Positions 24,771 to 38,479 of a stretch of DNA of 64,000 nucleotides are shown in pieces. Source of the DNA: Glaucostegus cemiculus (taxonomy: Eukaryota); NCBI GenBank assembly GCA_976551045.1, contig CDPCPM010000106.1:16802001-16866000 (forward strand), given 5' to 3'. Positions within the stretch are counted from its first letter, which is position 1. The number at the start of each line of letters is the position of its first letter. A program made the translations under genes and the position numbers. The notes below the pieces were generated by a model. The model ran no database searches. It was given only the letters and a program-made list of their open reading frames with translations, and had not been told where the DNA came from.

Positions 24771-25353
24771 CAAGTGTCCCTCAACATTTAGAAGGGGAAG
24801 GATGAGAAAGGTAAAGCTCTTGGCTGCTTATGTTGGTGTCTGGGACACTGCAGTTGCCCTTAGGTTTCACTTAACAGTCTGGTAGTCAACCAAACAACCA
24901 CCCTTTTAGTACCTCCTTGTTTGCTCCAATGAACTAGAGTCCAAACACCATCAGTAAATGAGGTAGAAGTGAATTTAACACTATACAGTCAAGAACAGAC
25001 AACCTGAGAAAGCGGTAGAAAATAATATTTTTGAGATCTGAACAATGAACAAAAGGTTGTATGAAGAAAACTTTTTTTAGACATCCATGTGCAAAACCTT
25101 ATACAAAGCCTGATCTTCCATTGTTTTCTGGTCCGACATAAATCAATGCCAACTGATTCAGTAGAGGCAGAGGCAGGTTGCTTGGAGCTGTAGAACTGCT
25201 GTCTTCCCCTGCCTCCTAATGTTTACAATGGGCCAGTAATTGAAATACTGCCAGATACACAGAGGTCCTGATTAGGGGTTTAATAAATAATTAAATGTCG
25301 GAATTCCTTTATTTTATAGTAAATCACTTTTTCTTGATTTTGAAAGCATAGTA

Positions 25354-25356
<3 letters not shown>

Positions 25357-25397
<41 letters not shown>
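25357..25397. repeat. (CT)n microsatellite
   Basis: About 20 CT units with one interruption. Confidence 0.95.
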
Positions 25398-26431
25398 AGT
25401 TTCTCTGTCTCTTGACAATGTGTACATATACAGAACTCTGAGCTCCCTCATGCTCTGCTGTTAATTTTAAACTTCCAGTAAATTTCCAGGCATATGGGCC
25501 ACAAACTGCCTATAAATGTAGGTAGGAATTCTTGAAATAAGGATTCATTTTGGCATCATCTCTCTCATTGTAGAGTCAGATGTTACTGCTATCATGGTGC
25601 TAGAACATGGTGCTGTGCAAAGTTTGGAAAGGTCTGGCCATGAAGAAACCAGCCCATAAAGAGCTAACAATCCCTATTTTGTGGACAGACTTCACTTTTT
25701 CCATCATCAAGGACATTCCTGAACTCCAACAACTATGTATCATAAAGTAGGCTGAGTACCCAACAACATAAAAAGGATTCTTGTAGGGGGCAAACCAGGA
25801 AGGAAAAAGCACAAGTGAGGTAAAAATGTATCCTTGGTTGCAGATGCTAAATAAATCCACAGTGTAGAAGTGAATGCTCTTTGAATTCTTCCTCCACTTC
25901 AAGACTTCAATAGGACCAAATGTGTGGGAAGTGAGTACAACTGGTGGCTAAACCCTTTACCATCCAATTACTCCCGTGATCAGTGATGAACTTCTCCCAT
26001 TATGGCAGTTAGGAAGTTGAAAGTTAGTAGGTCAAAAATGGAATGGAACTGTTTTACTGATGCCTCCAGGAAAGGAAATCCCCTTTGGAGGATGTTAGTC
26101 TAGCCTTAGTGACTCAGAACATAGTTGACTCTTAACTGCCCCTGAAATGCTCTAGCAAGCCACTCAGTGGTTTTAAATAGCAATGGGAAAGAATAATGTG
26201 ATCAACATCCACATTACCCTTAGCAGCAGATACAACAAAGACAAATGCAAATCCAATTTATCTCATTAAATTCTCCTTACTAATATCAGGGGATATATCG
26301 AACTTGGCAGAGTTATTCAATAATAAAATCTTGCAATAGCTGAACTGTCATAAACACAGCACCATACTTTTCAGTCAATGTGCTGGAATCCACACCTAAA
26401 ATGACTGACCTGGTGAAACAGCTATACAAGT

Positions 26432-27045
26432 GCAAGTTCAAGGTCAAGTTTATTGTTGGCATAGAAATACATTCACAGGGTATAAATGCCATGAAAATTA
26501 GCACAGCAGCACAGTACATTACAAACATGACAACATAAGTTAACATAACATTAAATTGACATAAATTATATATGACTTATGCATGTGCAAGTAAAAACAA
26601 CAAAATAAACAGAACAACACTAGTATAAGCTTGAGAGAGAAAAAGCAATATAGTCTGAGGTAGTGTTAGGGTTTTTCAAGTCAGTTCAAGAACCTAATGG
26701 CAGTGGGGAGAAGCTGTTGTTGAACCTTGAGGTGTGATTCTTCAAGCTCCTGTACCTTCTACATGATGGCAGCATCGAGACAAGGCATGGCCCCGGATGG
26801 TGGAGGTTCTTAATGATGGATAGCGCCTTCCTGAGTTAATGCCTCTTGTAGATATCCTTGATGCCGGTGAGAGTTGTACCGGTGATGGAACTCTCTGTAG
26901 CCTCTTCCATTCCTGCGCATTGGAGTTCCATGACGTAACTGGTCTGAATGCTTTCCACTGTACATCTGTAAAAGTTTGTCAGAGTCTTTGATGACATTCT
27001 GAATCTCCTTAAACTTTGAAGAAAGTAGAGACACTGTGTCTTCTT
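26432..27045 (-). mobile_element. Rex1/Babar-type LINE 3' fragment
   Basis: QCLYFLQSLRRFRMSSKTLTNFYRCTVESI; tail 'acaataaacttgaccttgaacttg' on the minus strand. Confidence 0.8.
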
Positions 27046-28729
27046 CAGTACAGAACTAAATACTGAATTACTGATCCAGCTTGGTACAACCATAAGCAAT
27101 TCCATAACCTATAGATTCCAAAACTCTTTGGGTCTACATATTAGTCATGAATGATGGTGGATATTACAGATGCAGGGTATTCTGTGAATGTTTCTGTTCT
27201 CAAAGGTAACAGAACTCAGCACCTGAATGTAAATGATAAGACTGAAGTGATAGCAATCATTTATCAGTCAGTAGTACTGAAGCAAATGATAACCACAGAA
27301 GCAATTTTTCATTCTCATATCTGATTCTTCAACATTAAGCCAGCCATTGCTGATGTATCCAGCATAGTCGCATTTATTTTAACCTGGATCACAAACTTTC
27401 ATTTAAAAATATATACACAACAAATTCTTCTGATTATTTATTGTGTTTATATTTTTAAGTAACTGTGGTTTGAAATAAAACTATATTTAATCTTTTGAAA
27501 CAATGGTTAATTAATCAATCAAATTAATCAAATTTATCTTTTTAATGGTTTTGAGTGTCATCAAAATTTAAGAACCATGAAACAAACAGAGTCTGTCAGG
27601 GGTATGTTGCAACTGAGGTCTTACAAATTTGCCCGGGGGGGGTGGTTGCACTCATGGCCCAATGCACTCATGAGCAGCTGCAGACAAGAAGTGCAACCAC
27701 AAGACTAATGTGGGGTAAATGGGTCTGATCAAGCACAACACCAGGAGTTGTGGGACAAAGGTGTGTACTCTATTGCAGACTAACAACTGATACATGTGCT
27801 TACATCACCCATGTGATGACAACATTATGTTTCATACTCACAAGGCAGAAACAATTGCACCCCATACAGATTTTGTTCTTTGTTAAAATGCATGAAACAT
27901 TTTTCACCTATGTATGTATATACAACAGTTACAGGTTAAATCTATTATCGGGCTTTCTCAGATAGTTATTGCAGTTACTTCTTCATCTGAACAATGTGTG
28001 ACATCTCACTGTTAACTGGTGATTTCTATTTGGTAATTGGTTCCCCTTGCACTTCTGGAATAAGTTTATCATCACTTATTTATTCAACACGTACAGGTAC
28101 ATCTCTTGCTACAAGCAGTTGGCTAACACAAATACTTCTGACCTTTCCATCAATTTGTACTAAATATCATTTCATACCAGAGGCTTGTACTATCTTGCTA
28201 ATATCCCACTCCCATCAACTTTAACATTCACTTTTCCATTTTGTCTGTATTGCTTCATTTTGCCTCTGCCCATAAGCATTTGTCTCAGTAGCTGGGATAA
28301 AACCTGAATGTCATCTGGTGTTACATGACATTCAAACAAGAAGTGAGTCAACTGATGATTCACTGTTGAACTGGAACATTAGAAAATTAGCTTCTTCAGC
28401 ACTTCCTTCAAAACACGTTTCAGGTACATATCTTGCTGCAAGCATTGTATGAAGGAATTAATGAATGTTTGATATCACTGCATTTCATGAAGTGCTGAAA
28501 CAAATATGAAGTGAACGGTGGTACTTTGTCTAACATTGAGTACTGAGGCGTGCTATACATCACAAGTTTCAGGTCTTCAATTCCACTGCACCATGGAACC
28601 CTGCATATCTAACTGCAATCTATCTGAAATTTGAATCAGTGAGTACTAAGATGTTGTTATTGCCTTTCTAACAAATATTGACATGGGCTGTTTGAAAAAG
28701 TCATGTTAGCCATCTCTACATCCATAATC

Positions 28730-29150
28730 GTGTCTTGGGTGATGCCATTTGGCACCACCAGCTCTTCCCAATCCTTATCAAGATCTGCTCAACATACAAA
28801 ATATTTAACAATGAATGTCATGTTTAGAATACCACTATATTCTGGATCCATCTCATCCAACTCTGACTGACCAGGACATCTATTCAAGTCTTCTAGGTCT
28901 TCATTTGGAAACTTATTCAAAAAGACAGTGGTATTCTTGTTTCAAGAAAATGTCTTGTGCCACCTGATAGATTTCTTCAGCTGTGACTGAAAATGATTTA
29001 TTATTTGAAATGTACGAATGGTGCTCTTCTCCTCTATCAGGATAAAGCATGAGGAATTGTCTTTTATTTGGAAGACAAAACTCAATCCCATAAGCACATT
29101 TGTATGACAAGCCTGTCCATCTCTGCATCCTGGAGGCTGCTATGATTGGA
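28730..29150 (+). mobile_element. Possible very decayed RTE fragment
   Basis: Scattered resemblance to RTE RT text; no readable ORF. Confidence 0.3.
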
Positions 29151-30629
29151 ATCATGAATCAGATTAGCTAATTGGGGGGTGGGGGGGTGGGGGGGATTTG
29201 TAATTTGCATCTAACGTGCAAGTTCATCCCAATAGAAATTAATGAAATTTCTTCAGTCTGAAATTGATTGTTCGCAATTTCTTTATCATCTACACATAGT
29301 TTTGTTTGTTTATTTTAGAGTGCGTGATCCAAACAAAATTGTTCTGTCCTGGCCGTCTTCCATGACGTGACTGACGTCTGTGCTCACTCCTTACCTTGAA
29401 GCAGCACTGACAAGCTTCAGTGGCCTTCTCACTTTGTAAGGGACCATTGGGAACATTGTGCATAAATCTGTTTGCAAACAATATGTTTTCTGATGTACTC
29501 AGTCCACCTCCATTTCTAATCAGTGTCTTTTGGCTGCATAATCAATATTGTTAGATCTTGTAAGAACTTGGTGGTAATATTGAGTCATCCCCAAAAAACA
29601 TCTGAGCTTAGACTCTGGCTTTCTTAATATTGTCAACTTTCTCTTTAACTGGCTCTCATCCATTAACACTTGTCTTCAAAATGAGATAAACAACTCCTAA
29701 CAATATGAGGGTGTATTTGGTTCAGTTAAGTTTCACAGTGTGGTGATATTTCTCAAAAATACATAGCTTATCTCCACTAGGAGCTACCGAACACGTACTT
29801 TATTGTAATAACTGACACACATGCTTATAACACACATATGATGACAGACATTGCTCTCCTGATATTTAAATTTTTACACGCAAACGAACCACAGGTAAGA
29901 CTGTTACAGGAGTTGTCTGTGGTATTGTCCTAGGCCCAAACATCTTCAGCTGCCTCCTCAATGATCTTTTCTTTATCAGTTCTGCAGAGCTTGCAAATGC
30001 TGATCAGCCTTACTAGCCATCTCTGAATCCACAGCTAAAATATTCTAGGATGAAAATTATCCTCAACTGGAAGAGATTGCTAATGACCAATAAGGTTTCA
30101 ATAGCATGTTTAAGAGGGCTGACTGCATCAGGCAACTCAGTAATTATTTATCAACTTTCCATATCAACTTGGAATGTTTTGATGATTACATCTCTTGATT
30201 TATCTCATTTCTTTTTCCACTATGCTTCTCCATGAAAAGTCCATAATTTTGGATTTATTTTCCATTGGACTAAAACTTATTTTGTTTTTAATGTTGACTG
30301 GGAACTCCTGTTTTCCTTTCAATCTTTAGTTCTGGCAGAGCAACAGAGACGACGATGGCTTTTGTTTAGGAAGGGGACTGCAAGAGTCTGCCTTCAGCAG
30401 GAGATGTAAGATAATGTGGAGCTGCAGAATAAAATATTTCTAAGGATTTTAGGGTGTTTTTGACTATGTTTTTAGAAGATGTGAGATGAAGGTGGAAAAA
30501 TTCCTGACATTTGAAAGCATCTGTATCGCTTAGTAAAAAATCTACAATTTCTGAAGGATATGGAAATGAGGACAAAGAATGAAGAATCTCAAGAAATTTG
30601 ACAAATTAGTATAAGTCAACATCATTAAC

Positions 30630-30763
30630 ATGGAGACACAAGAGACTGCAAATAGTGGAATCTGGAGCAGCAAAGTATCTGCTGGAGGAACTCAGCGGGT
30701 CAAGCAGCATCTTTTGGGGGAAAGGAATTGTCGACATTTTAGGTTGAAAACCTGCATCAGGAC
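30630..30763 (-). mobile_element. Solo Penelope pseudo-LTR end with hammerhead-like core
   Basis: Same unit as 1889-2020; minus strand reads gtc-CTGATGC-AGGTT-ttc-AACCT-AAAA-TGTC-gac at 30730-30763. Confidence 0.75.
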
Positions 30764-32069
30764 CTGCTCTATCTTTAACACATGTGCATAATACAGAGGG
30801 TTCTTACAGTTTAAACTTATCTTGACAAGAATCCATGTTCAAACTTCACAAAATTATTCCCTTTTCAGTCTTACCAACATCCTTTACAGAAACAGGGCAA
30901 TGCACTTTCAAATTGCACACTTGAAGTGTAACAATTTAGTGAGGTTTTCCCATGCGGGAATCTGATACAAAACTAACCTCTGTAATGTATCTTCATTTAT
31001 TCATTTAACTCTGGAATAGAACATGGGCAAATGATTTCAGTTATGGTCTTCAAATTGCTGACTACTTTCCATCTCTCAGATGGGGGTAGAGCTTAGCTTG
31101 TGAAAGCAGACACAAACTGGAGAAAGTCATCTTCAATTCACAAACATCAGGTTTGTTAACAATTCATGTTGTGACGTCTAAAGACTTGGGGCAAAAGAAT
31201 GTGGTGAACAGGATAACTCCTTGATGCTTTCTATTAATCTTTTTTTAGTCACTCTCATGTACATGATAAAGAAAAACACATGGTGCACATTAACTGGATT
31301 CTTGTTTCAAATTTCCATTAAGTCACTATTGCCACTTATTCTTTCCTGCATCTTAAAGAACAAAAGGATTCAGAAGCATCCCTATATATCTAGGACTTCA
31401 GAAGACACAGCTATAGTCAATCAACCTGTTGCAAAGCCCAGCATAAGTGTTTCTACCAAAAGAAATATGAATCTTCTGGTTGAGGTGGAAGGAAAGGAAG
31501 ACTGGAAACTGTTGGCTGAGGAACCAGTCCATGTCATTCCTCAGCCACAGAGCCTCACTTCACTTGTAATAGGAGAGTTCTACCTGACCACTTACATTGC
31601 CGGTTGTTATTAAAGAACATGCCAAACACCCTGTGAGTAATTAAAGAAGATGTGTTTCTCTGCAGCACATATTTAAAATTAATTCTCAATGTATTGCTGT
31701 GACTGTCAGGGTCAGCCTTTCTTAGGCAATCCTCACCATTCCTGTAAAGTTAGTATTGAGCCTTTGGCCTAAATTATTGAATTCTACATTCCTTTTCTAG
31801 CAAGGGTGATGGGGTGATAATAATCTCCAATTCAAGGTGGCTACTATGATTCATTTATTACAACAGTGAAAAACATAATTGATAAAGTAATTTGGGATAA
31901 CCTAAGGCCGTGAAAAATGTTATATGAGTCCAAATCCTTCTTAATTTTTCTCATGTGGAGATTAAACGATTTTGGATACTGTTGGGGTGATGGTATCTCA
32001 AAGGAAAAAAAACAGCTCTGTGGCACTACGTTTGGTTCTGAAGCACAGCAGGGGAGGAAAACATCTAGT

Positions 32070-33818
32070 GCAGCAGTAGTGGTAGGGATTTAGGGAGGGA
32101 ACAGACAAGCATTCCTGTGGCTGAGAGCGAGACTCCAAAATGGTCCGTTACATCCCTGGTGCCAGTGTCAGGGTCGTCTTCGATTGGGTACAGAATGTTC
32201 TGAAGGGTTAGCGAGAACAGAAGTTATAGTAGACATTGGCACTAATGACAAGAGGTAGAAAGAGGAATGAAGTCCTTCAAAGTGAATTAAGGGAGTTAGG
32301 CAGATGGTCAAAAAGCAGGACCTCTGTGGTCATAATCTCAGGATTACTCCCTGTGCCACGTGCTAGTGAGGGTCAAAACAGGAGGATAGGACAGGTGAAT
32401 GTGTGGCTAAAGAGCTGGTGCAAGAGGAAAGACTTTAGGTACTTGGATCATTAGGATCACTTCTGAGGTAGGTGAAACCTGTACGAGCAAGATGTGCCGC
32501 ACCTTCACTGGAGGGGGACAATATCCACGCAGGAATGTTTGATCACCCTTCTTAGAAGGGTTTAAACTAATTTGGTGGGGTGAGGGGGGGGAATGGGAAA
32601 CATGGTAGCCATGTAGCAGGTGGGAAGAAAAATGTGGAGAATGAATCAAGGAAGTCCAGTGGGCCGAACAGGTTTGGGAGCATGGGAGAACTGGCAAACT
32701 CAACTGCATTTACTTTAATGCAAGGAGCCCCACGGGTTAAGTCAGATGAGCTTAGTGCATGGATCAGTGCTTCAAATTATAATGCTTTCACAATCATGGA
32801 GATGTGGTTAAGGGAAGGGCAGGACAGGCAGTTTAATGTCCCAGGGTATAGAAGCTTCAGATGTGGCAAAGGGGAAGGCAAGAGAGGAGGGGGAGTCTCA
32901 CGACTGTTTAGGATGAACAGAGTGGCAGAACTGAGAGGACATTATGGAGGGATCATCCAATGAGTCCGTATGGGTATAATTTAGGAATGAGGGGCGATTA
33001 CATTACTGGGATTATAGTATAGGCCTTTCAATAAGAATTAGCAGGAATTAGAGGAACAGGTGTGTAAGCAAATCACAGAAAGGTGTAAGAGCAACAGGGT
33101 TATAGTAGAGAAGGATTTTAAATTTCCCAGTATTGACTGGGATTGCCTTAGTGCAGGGGGCTTAGGTGGGATGGAATTTGTTTAGTGCATCTAAGCAAGT
33201 TTTTTTTGAGGCAATATGGAAAGATTTCTACAAGAGACAGAGCAGTACCTGAACTTCTCTTAGGAAATCAAACTGGGCAAGTGGTGGAATTATTGGTGTG
33301 GGATCACTTTGGGAACAATGACCATATTTCTGTAAATCCCAAATTAGTTCTGAAGAGGGATAAGGCTGGTCCTCAGGTTACAGTCTTGAATTGGGGAAAG
33401 GCTGATTTCAATAGCACAGGAGAAGAAATGGTGAACAGGTGTTTGTAGGTAAAATAACAGCTGATAAGTGGAAACCTCATAGAGGTATATAAAATTATAT
33501 ATCCATAAATATATAGATAGGTTAAATAATCAGAATCTTTTTCCTGTAGTAAGAATATCAAAAAACAGGAGGGCATCAGTTTTAGGTGAGAGGAAGGAGT
33601 TTTAAGCAGGTATGTTTTTATATTACAGTAGTTAATATCTTGAACGTGCTGACAGGGGAGGTGGTGGAGACGGACACTATAACAATGATACTGAGACAGA
33701 CATTTAAGTAGGCAAGGCATAGAAGCACATGGACCTAATACAGGATTAGTCCAGGTGGGCCATAAGATCAGCCTGGACATGATGGCTGAAGGGCCCATTT
33801 CTTTCTTTGACTCTATAA
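32070..33818 (+). mobile_element. Internally deleted CR1: ORF1 SGNH/esterase region, ORF2 endonuclease, then 3' end
   Basis: IGTNDK/..LRELGRWSKSRTSVVIISGLLPVPRASEGQNRRIGQVNVWLKSWC (ORF1); KSDELSAWI..WLREGQD..NVPGYR..GGGV and HFGNNDH (APE); jumps near 33440-33470 to the ORF2 end and a 'tgactctataact' tail. Confidence 0.85.
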
Positions 33819-34075
33819 CTAAGTGATGGGGATCCCATGTAACTGCTGCCTTCCTTCTTCAGGATTTGAGATTTCTGTTGAAGTAATTAGACAAGCTGCT
33901 GTGGTGGATCCTACAGAAAATATAACTGCAACTGTGATTAACCTGTGGAGGAAGGATATGGATGTTGAATGAATTGAAGAGATAATGTCCAAGTGGACGG
34001 TATAGTTTTGAATGTGCTGAGGTTCTTGAGAACTGTTGCAGTCATATGCATCCGTAAAAATCTTCCCATCACAGC

Positions 34076-34352
34076 GGGGCAGGCACGATAGTGTAGCAGT
34101 TAGCATAATGCTATTACAGTGCCAGCGACCTGGGTTCAATTCTGGCTGCTGTCTGTAAGGAGTTTGTATGTTCTCCTCATGTCTGCTTGGGTTTCCTCCG
34201 GGTGCTCCGGTTTCCTCTCACATTCCAAAGACGTATGGGTTAGGAAGCATGCGCGACACTTATGGGCTGCCCCCAGAACACTCTACGCAAAAAGATGCAT
34301 TTCACCGTGTGTTTCGATGTGCATGTGACTAATAAAGAAATCTTATCTATCT
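34076..34352 (+). mobile_element. V-SINE type 2
   Basis: gggcaggcacg head, V core, Rex1-like tail ending 'gtgactaataaagaaatcttatctatct'. Confidence 0.9.
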
Positions 34353-35459
34353 ATTCCTTATAGATGATGGAGGGCTCTGGGGTTCAGGAGGTGAGGCACT
34401 TGTGCCAGAATTCCCAGCCATATCTTTCAACTGCTCCAGTCACTGCAGTACTTGTATCAATGGTCTACTTGGGAGAATGAGAATCAATTGGAATGGAGTC
34501 AACCATGGCATGCGTGAGAACCCTCTAAATATTCACAGAGATTCTGCTGCTGAGAGAGATCCTTGGTCCAAATGAATTCTCTCTGTCTTTGGACTATTCA
34601 GGAGGGTGCTGTATAGACTGGAGAGGAATCAGATGAAGGGAACATGTATGGAAGGTTTAATTACTTAGCAGGTACTCAGAGATCAAGTCTCACACAGGTC
34701 ATTAGTTACCTTGAAATAATCAGCAGAGATGTGGCAATAATTAGCAGAAATGTGGCAAAAGTAGCAGCAATAAGACTGCTGCCCCTCATAGCAATGCCCC
34801 TGCAACAGAATCTCAATCAAATCACAGGCCACGTGACAGAAGACATGCCTGGCATGTAGCAATCCCACGACGGATTCAGCAATACCATATTCAGGTCCAT
34901 TTCAATCTAAGCAGATATTCAGCAGCTTAGTTCTTAACCCTTTTTGATGAATAAAGTGGGATATGCAGTTGGCTTTGATAAGCTAGTACAGCTGGAAGCT
35001 AATGTGCTCCTGATTCATCCAAGCACAAGTTCAATATGTCAGTGGTATGTTTACTATTAAACCTGATCATTGCTTGGGCCGTTCTTTGTCTACACACAGC
35101 TGTCAGTGCTGTTTCAAATATACAATATACTCAGGTTGAAAGACATGGCTTTTGGCTCCTGGAGTTCATTCTTGCAGTGTGCCTTTCAGTGCAGGTATCC
35201 TGGCATAGTGGATTGAAGTGATTATGTTCGCATGTCCTTACTATGGCAGTGGGAGTCACAAGTGATCTGTAGGTTTGCAAACTGAGAAGTTTTAAACTTC
35301 AGAAGGTAATAGAATTATTTTGGATTTGTGTCCAATCTTCAGACCCAAATGGAAGCTTGCAGGCAGTACAGAACAACCAGAGATCAATCTTTTCCTGATT
35401 TCTTGACCCTCCAATGGCACATTTTCTCACTTGTAACTTCATTTTGGGTGTTATAATAA

Positions 35460-35743
35460 GGTAAGATCTTTATTAGTCACATGTACATCAAAACACACAG
35501 TGAAATGCACCTTGTTCTGGGGGCAGCCCGCAAGTGTCACCACGCTTCTGGCTCCGACATAGCATTCCCACAACTTCATAACCCAGAAGTCTTTGGAATG
35601 TGGGAGGAAACCGGAGCACCCGGAGGAAACTCATGCAGACATGGGAACATGCAAACTCCTTACAGACAGTGGCTGGAATTGAACCCGGGTCACTGGTCCT
35701 GTAATAGTGTAACGCTAAACCACTACACTGGCCGTGCCTGCCC
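35460..35743 (-). mobile_element. V-SINE type 2
   Basis: Reverse complement of the 19740 and 34076 family; ends ccgtgcctgccc. Confidence 0.88.
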
Positions 35744-37329
35744 TAAAGTAATAGTTCCTGTTACTTTTGTTAATGTCAATGTAAAACTCCTGAATTTCTT
35801 GTACTCATTTGGCTATAAGTTAATCCGGCTACCTGGTTATTCCCTTCACATCCCTGTTCTCTCCATTCACTAATATTGCAGATCTTTGCTTAGGTTAAGA
35901 ACTATTTTATTCCCTTTAATCAGGCGATGATAGTTTCTCTTGTTTTCTTTCTGACTCCCTTTCTCGTCTGAATAGTTCTTTTTTCTTAATGTTTTGGGCT
36001 AGTCTGCAACTGCCAAATGATGATTCTTTTTCTTCCCTTTATCTCTAGGTCTAGATCTAACCCTGTTAATATACATGCAGACACTCAGGTGCAGTTTTGC
36101 ATACTTGTAATTATGCCAAGTACATTTGGTTTATGTCAAACCTAAGAACATGCTATACCTGAAGAATCTACAAATTAATGTTTGGCAGCTTGAGTACTGT
36201 CTGACTTGATTTATTGTTATCTGCACCAGATTTAAAAAAAATCCACAATATTTAATTTCACTCTGCAGGTGCTGTCATTAATATTTCATAGGCATAGAGA
36301 CAGGCTCAGAAACCGATGCTTTAGGTTGAGGTAATTTAAAAAAATGCATAACAGATTCATCTTACAGCACAGAGTGAAATACCAGGTACAAATTCATTTG
36401 ACTCTCAAGTGGTTTGTCCAAATAGAATCACATAATGTTGAGACTGTTAATAAGAGCAATGATGTGGTATTGGCCCCAGCATCTACAATGATCTGTTTCA
36501 GGTTGGTCTTAATATTCTAATTGGAGAAGCATTGCTGGTTGTTATTACCTTATGCTCAAGACTGCACAGTAATCAAAATAAAACTAAATTATGCAGTTAA
36601 CAAAGTGTAAAAATATTGCAACTTTGCCATCTGAATGGACTTGTTTGTTTTTTTTTCCCATGAACATTCACACGTGTCCTTACTCACTAATTTGTGAGTT
36701 GTTAGCTGCAAATCAGTCAGCATAGAGCTGGGAAGGGAACAGCAGAATAGCAGTCTCATCAAGTCTTATCTTAATCCAGTTAGTTCACCCTCCTTCCTAA
36801 TTAGCAATGAAAATAATAAGCATGCACCACCACTACCTCTTACTTGGACGATTTAATTTTTATTGATAATTATTGCTGAATCTTACCAACTTTATTTGGG
36901 GCTAATTGACCCCCTTGTACTGGGGTTTCTGTTGATTCCCTTAACAGATCATACACAAAATTGAACCACATAAATATGGAGTTTTATTTTACTCCTTCCT
37001 CCTGGATGGAAGTTTAGCAGTTGACATCTTAAGTGCTTCTTGTCTGGCATTTGCAACTGTACTGCTGATTAAATTGGCTCTTCAGATATGGGCTCACTAA
37101 AAGCTATCTCCTGCTGGTTACAAGATTATTACTTCGATGCTGGCCAGTCGAAACTAGTGGAAATCTCACTAGCTTGCTTCTATGTGAGGAGCAACAATCC
37201 ACAAATTGGCCCATTTAATCTTAATACACATTGATCTTTTGATTGTTATGATAATTTTATTCCTTGAGGACTGAATTTAATATAAAAGTAATATCGTAAT
37301 ATAATCATGCCAAGATTCTCTCCATGGAG

Positions 37330-37650
37330 AAATGATCTTGATCCCAGGGCTCTGGAATCAAGAATGAGAGGGCATAGGTTTAAGGTGAGAGGAGAAAGAT
37401 TTAATGGGAAGTCAAGAGGCATCTTTTTCATACAAAAGCTGGTATGTGGAATGAGCTGCCAGAGGAAGTGATTGAAGCAGGTACAATAACTGTTAAAAGA
37501 CAGTTGGACAAGTACATGGATAGGAAAGGTTCAGAAGATTATAGGCTAAATGCTAGAAAATGGGATGAGTTTGGCTGGGCATCTTGGTAGGCATGGACCA
37601 GATGTGTCAAAGGGCTTGTTTCCATGCTATATAACACTATGACTCTATAA
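37330..37650 (+). mobile_element. CR1 3' fragment
   Basis: 'gagagggcataggtttaaggtgagaggagaaagattt..ggaatgagctgccagaggaagtg..ctatgactctata'. Confidence 0.85.
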
Positions 37651-37664
37651 CAATTCTGAAACTT

Positions 37665-38160
37665 AGTGAAAGACATGTTGATGCTGGAGAAACTCAGCAG
37701 GCTAGGCTGCATCCATGGAGAAAAGCAGGTGGTCAACATTACGGGTCAGGACCCTTCTTCAGGACTGAAGGTAGGAAAATGGGAAGCCCAATATATAGGA
37801 GGGAAAAGCAGAGCAGTGATAGATGGACAAAAGAGGGGAGGTGGTGACAGGTAGATGCAGGTAAGAGATAGTGAAAGGCAGGTGGGGAGAGCAAATTCAC
37901 CGGGAGATGAGTCAAAGGTAAGGAGAGAGAGGAAAAAAAAGGCTAAAAATAAAGGCTGGGAATGGGAAGAAGAGAAAAAGTGTGGTGGTGGGTGGAGGGA
38001 GGTTGTGGGGAAGGGGGGTAGAGATTACCTAAGGTGAGAGAATTCAATATTCATGCCATTAGGCTGCAAGGTTCCAAGTTGCAAACTGAGGTGCTGTTCC
38101 TCCAGTTTGCACTTAGAATTCTCCTGGCAGTGGAGGAGGCTGAGAACTGACATATCAGAT
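37665..38160 (-). mobile_element. Penelope-like 3' fragment (GIY-YIG end, purine/pyrimidine-skewed UTR, pseudo-LTR)
   Basis: Minus strand KCKLEEQHLS..GTLQPNGMNIEFS; hammerhead-like cagtc-CTGAAGA-AGGG-tcctga-CCC-GTAA at 37731-37767. Confidence 0.8.
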
Positions 38161-38479
38161 TCTCTGAAACTTAGTGATCATTACATGGATGAGTTGGCCA
38201 AAGGGCCTGTGTCCACGTTGTCTAACTCTATGACTCTAATCAAACTCTCCAGCCCAGGTCTGGAACAAAAGGAAGAAAAGAGAATGGTGATTTGTTCCTG
38301 CACATGGCAAATTTCTCTTGGGAATTTTCAGATATAAAATTTACATTTCATAAGGCAAAATGTTTTTTTCACATTTTTATTTATCTCTTTTTTTAAACCA
38401 TTTGTTTGTTCCTCTTTTTGCTGTCTGTGGATGTTATTTGATTCATATGTTCTGGTTTTTTTTACCCTCACTTTTCACT

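Noticed and set aside
29739-29908. Solo LTR (TG...CA)
   Set aside because: No target-site duplication, and the right end runs into old LINE sequence (caggagtt..tgtcctaggcccaa)
34714-34770. 21-bp tandem repeat as CRISPR-like or coding repeat
   Set aside because: Two and a half degenerate units with no spacers
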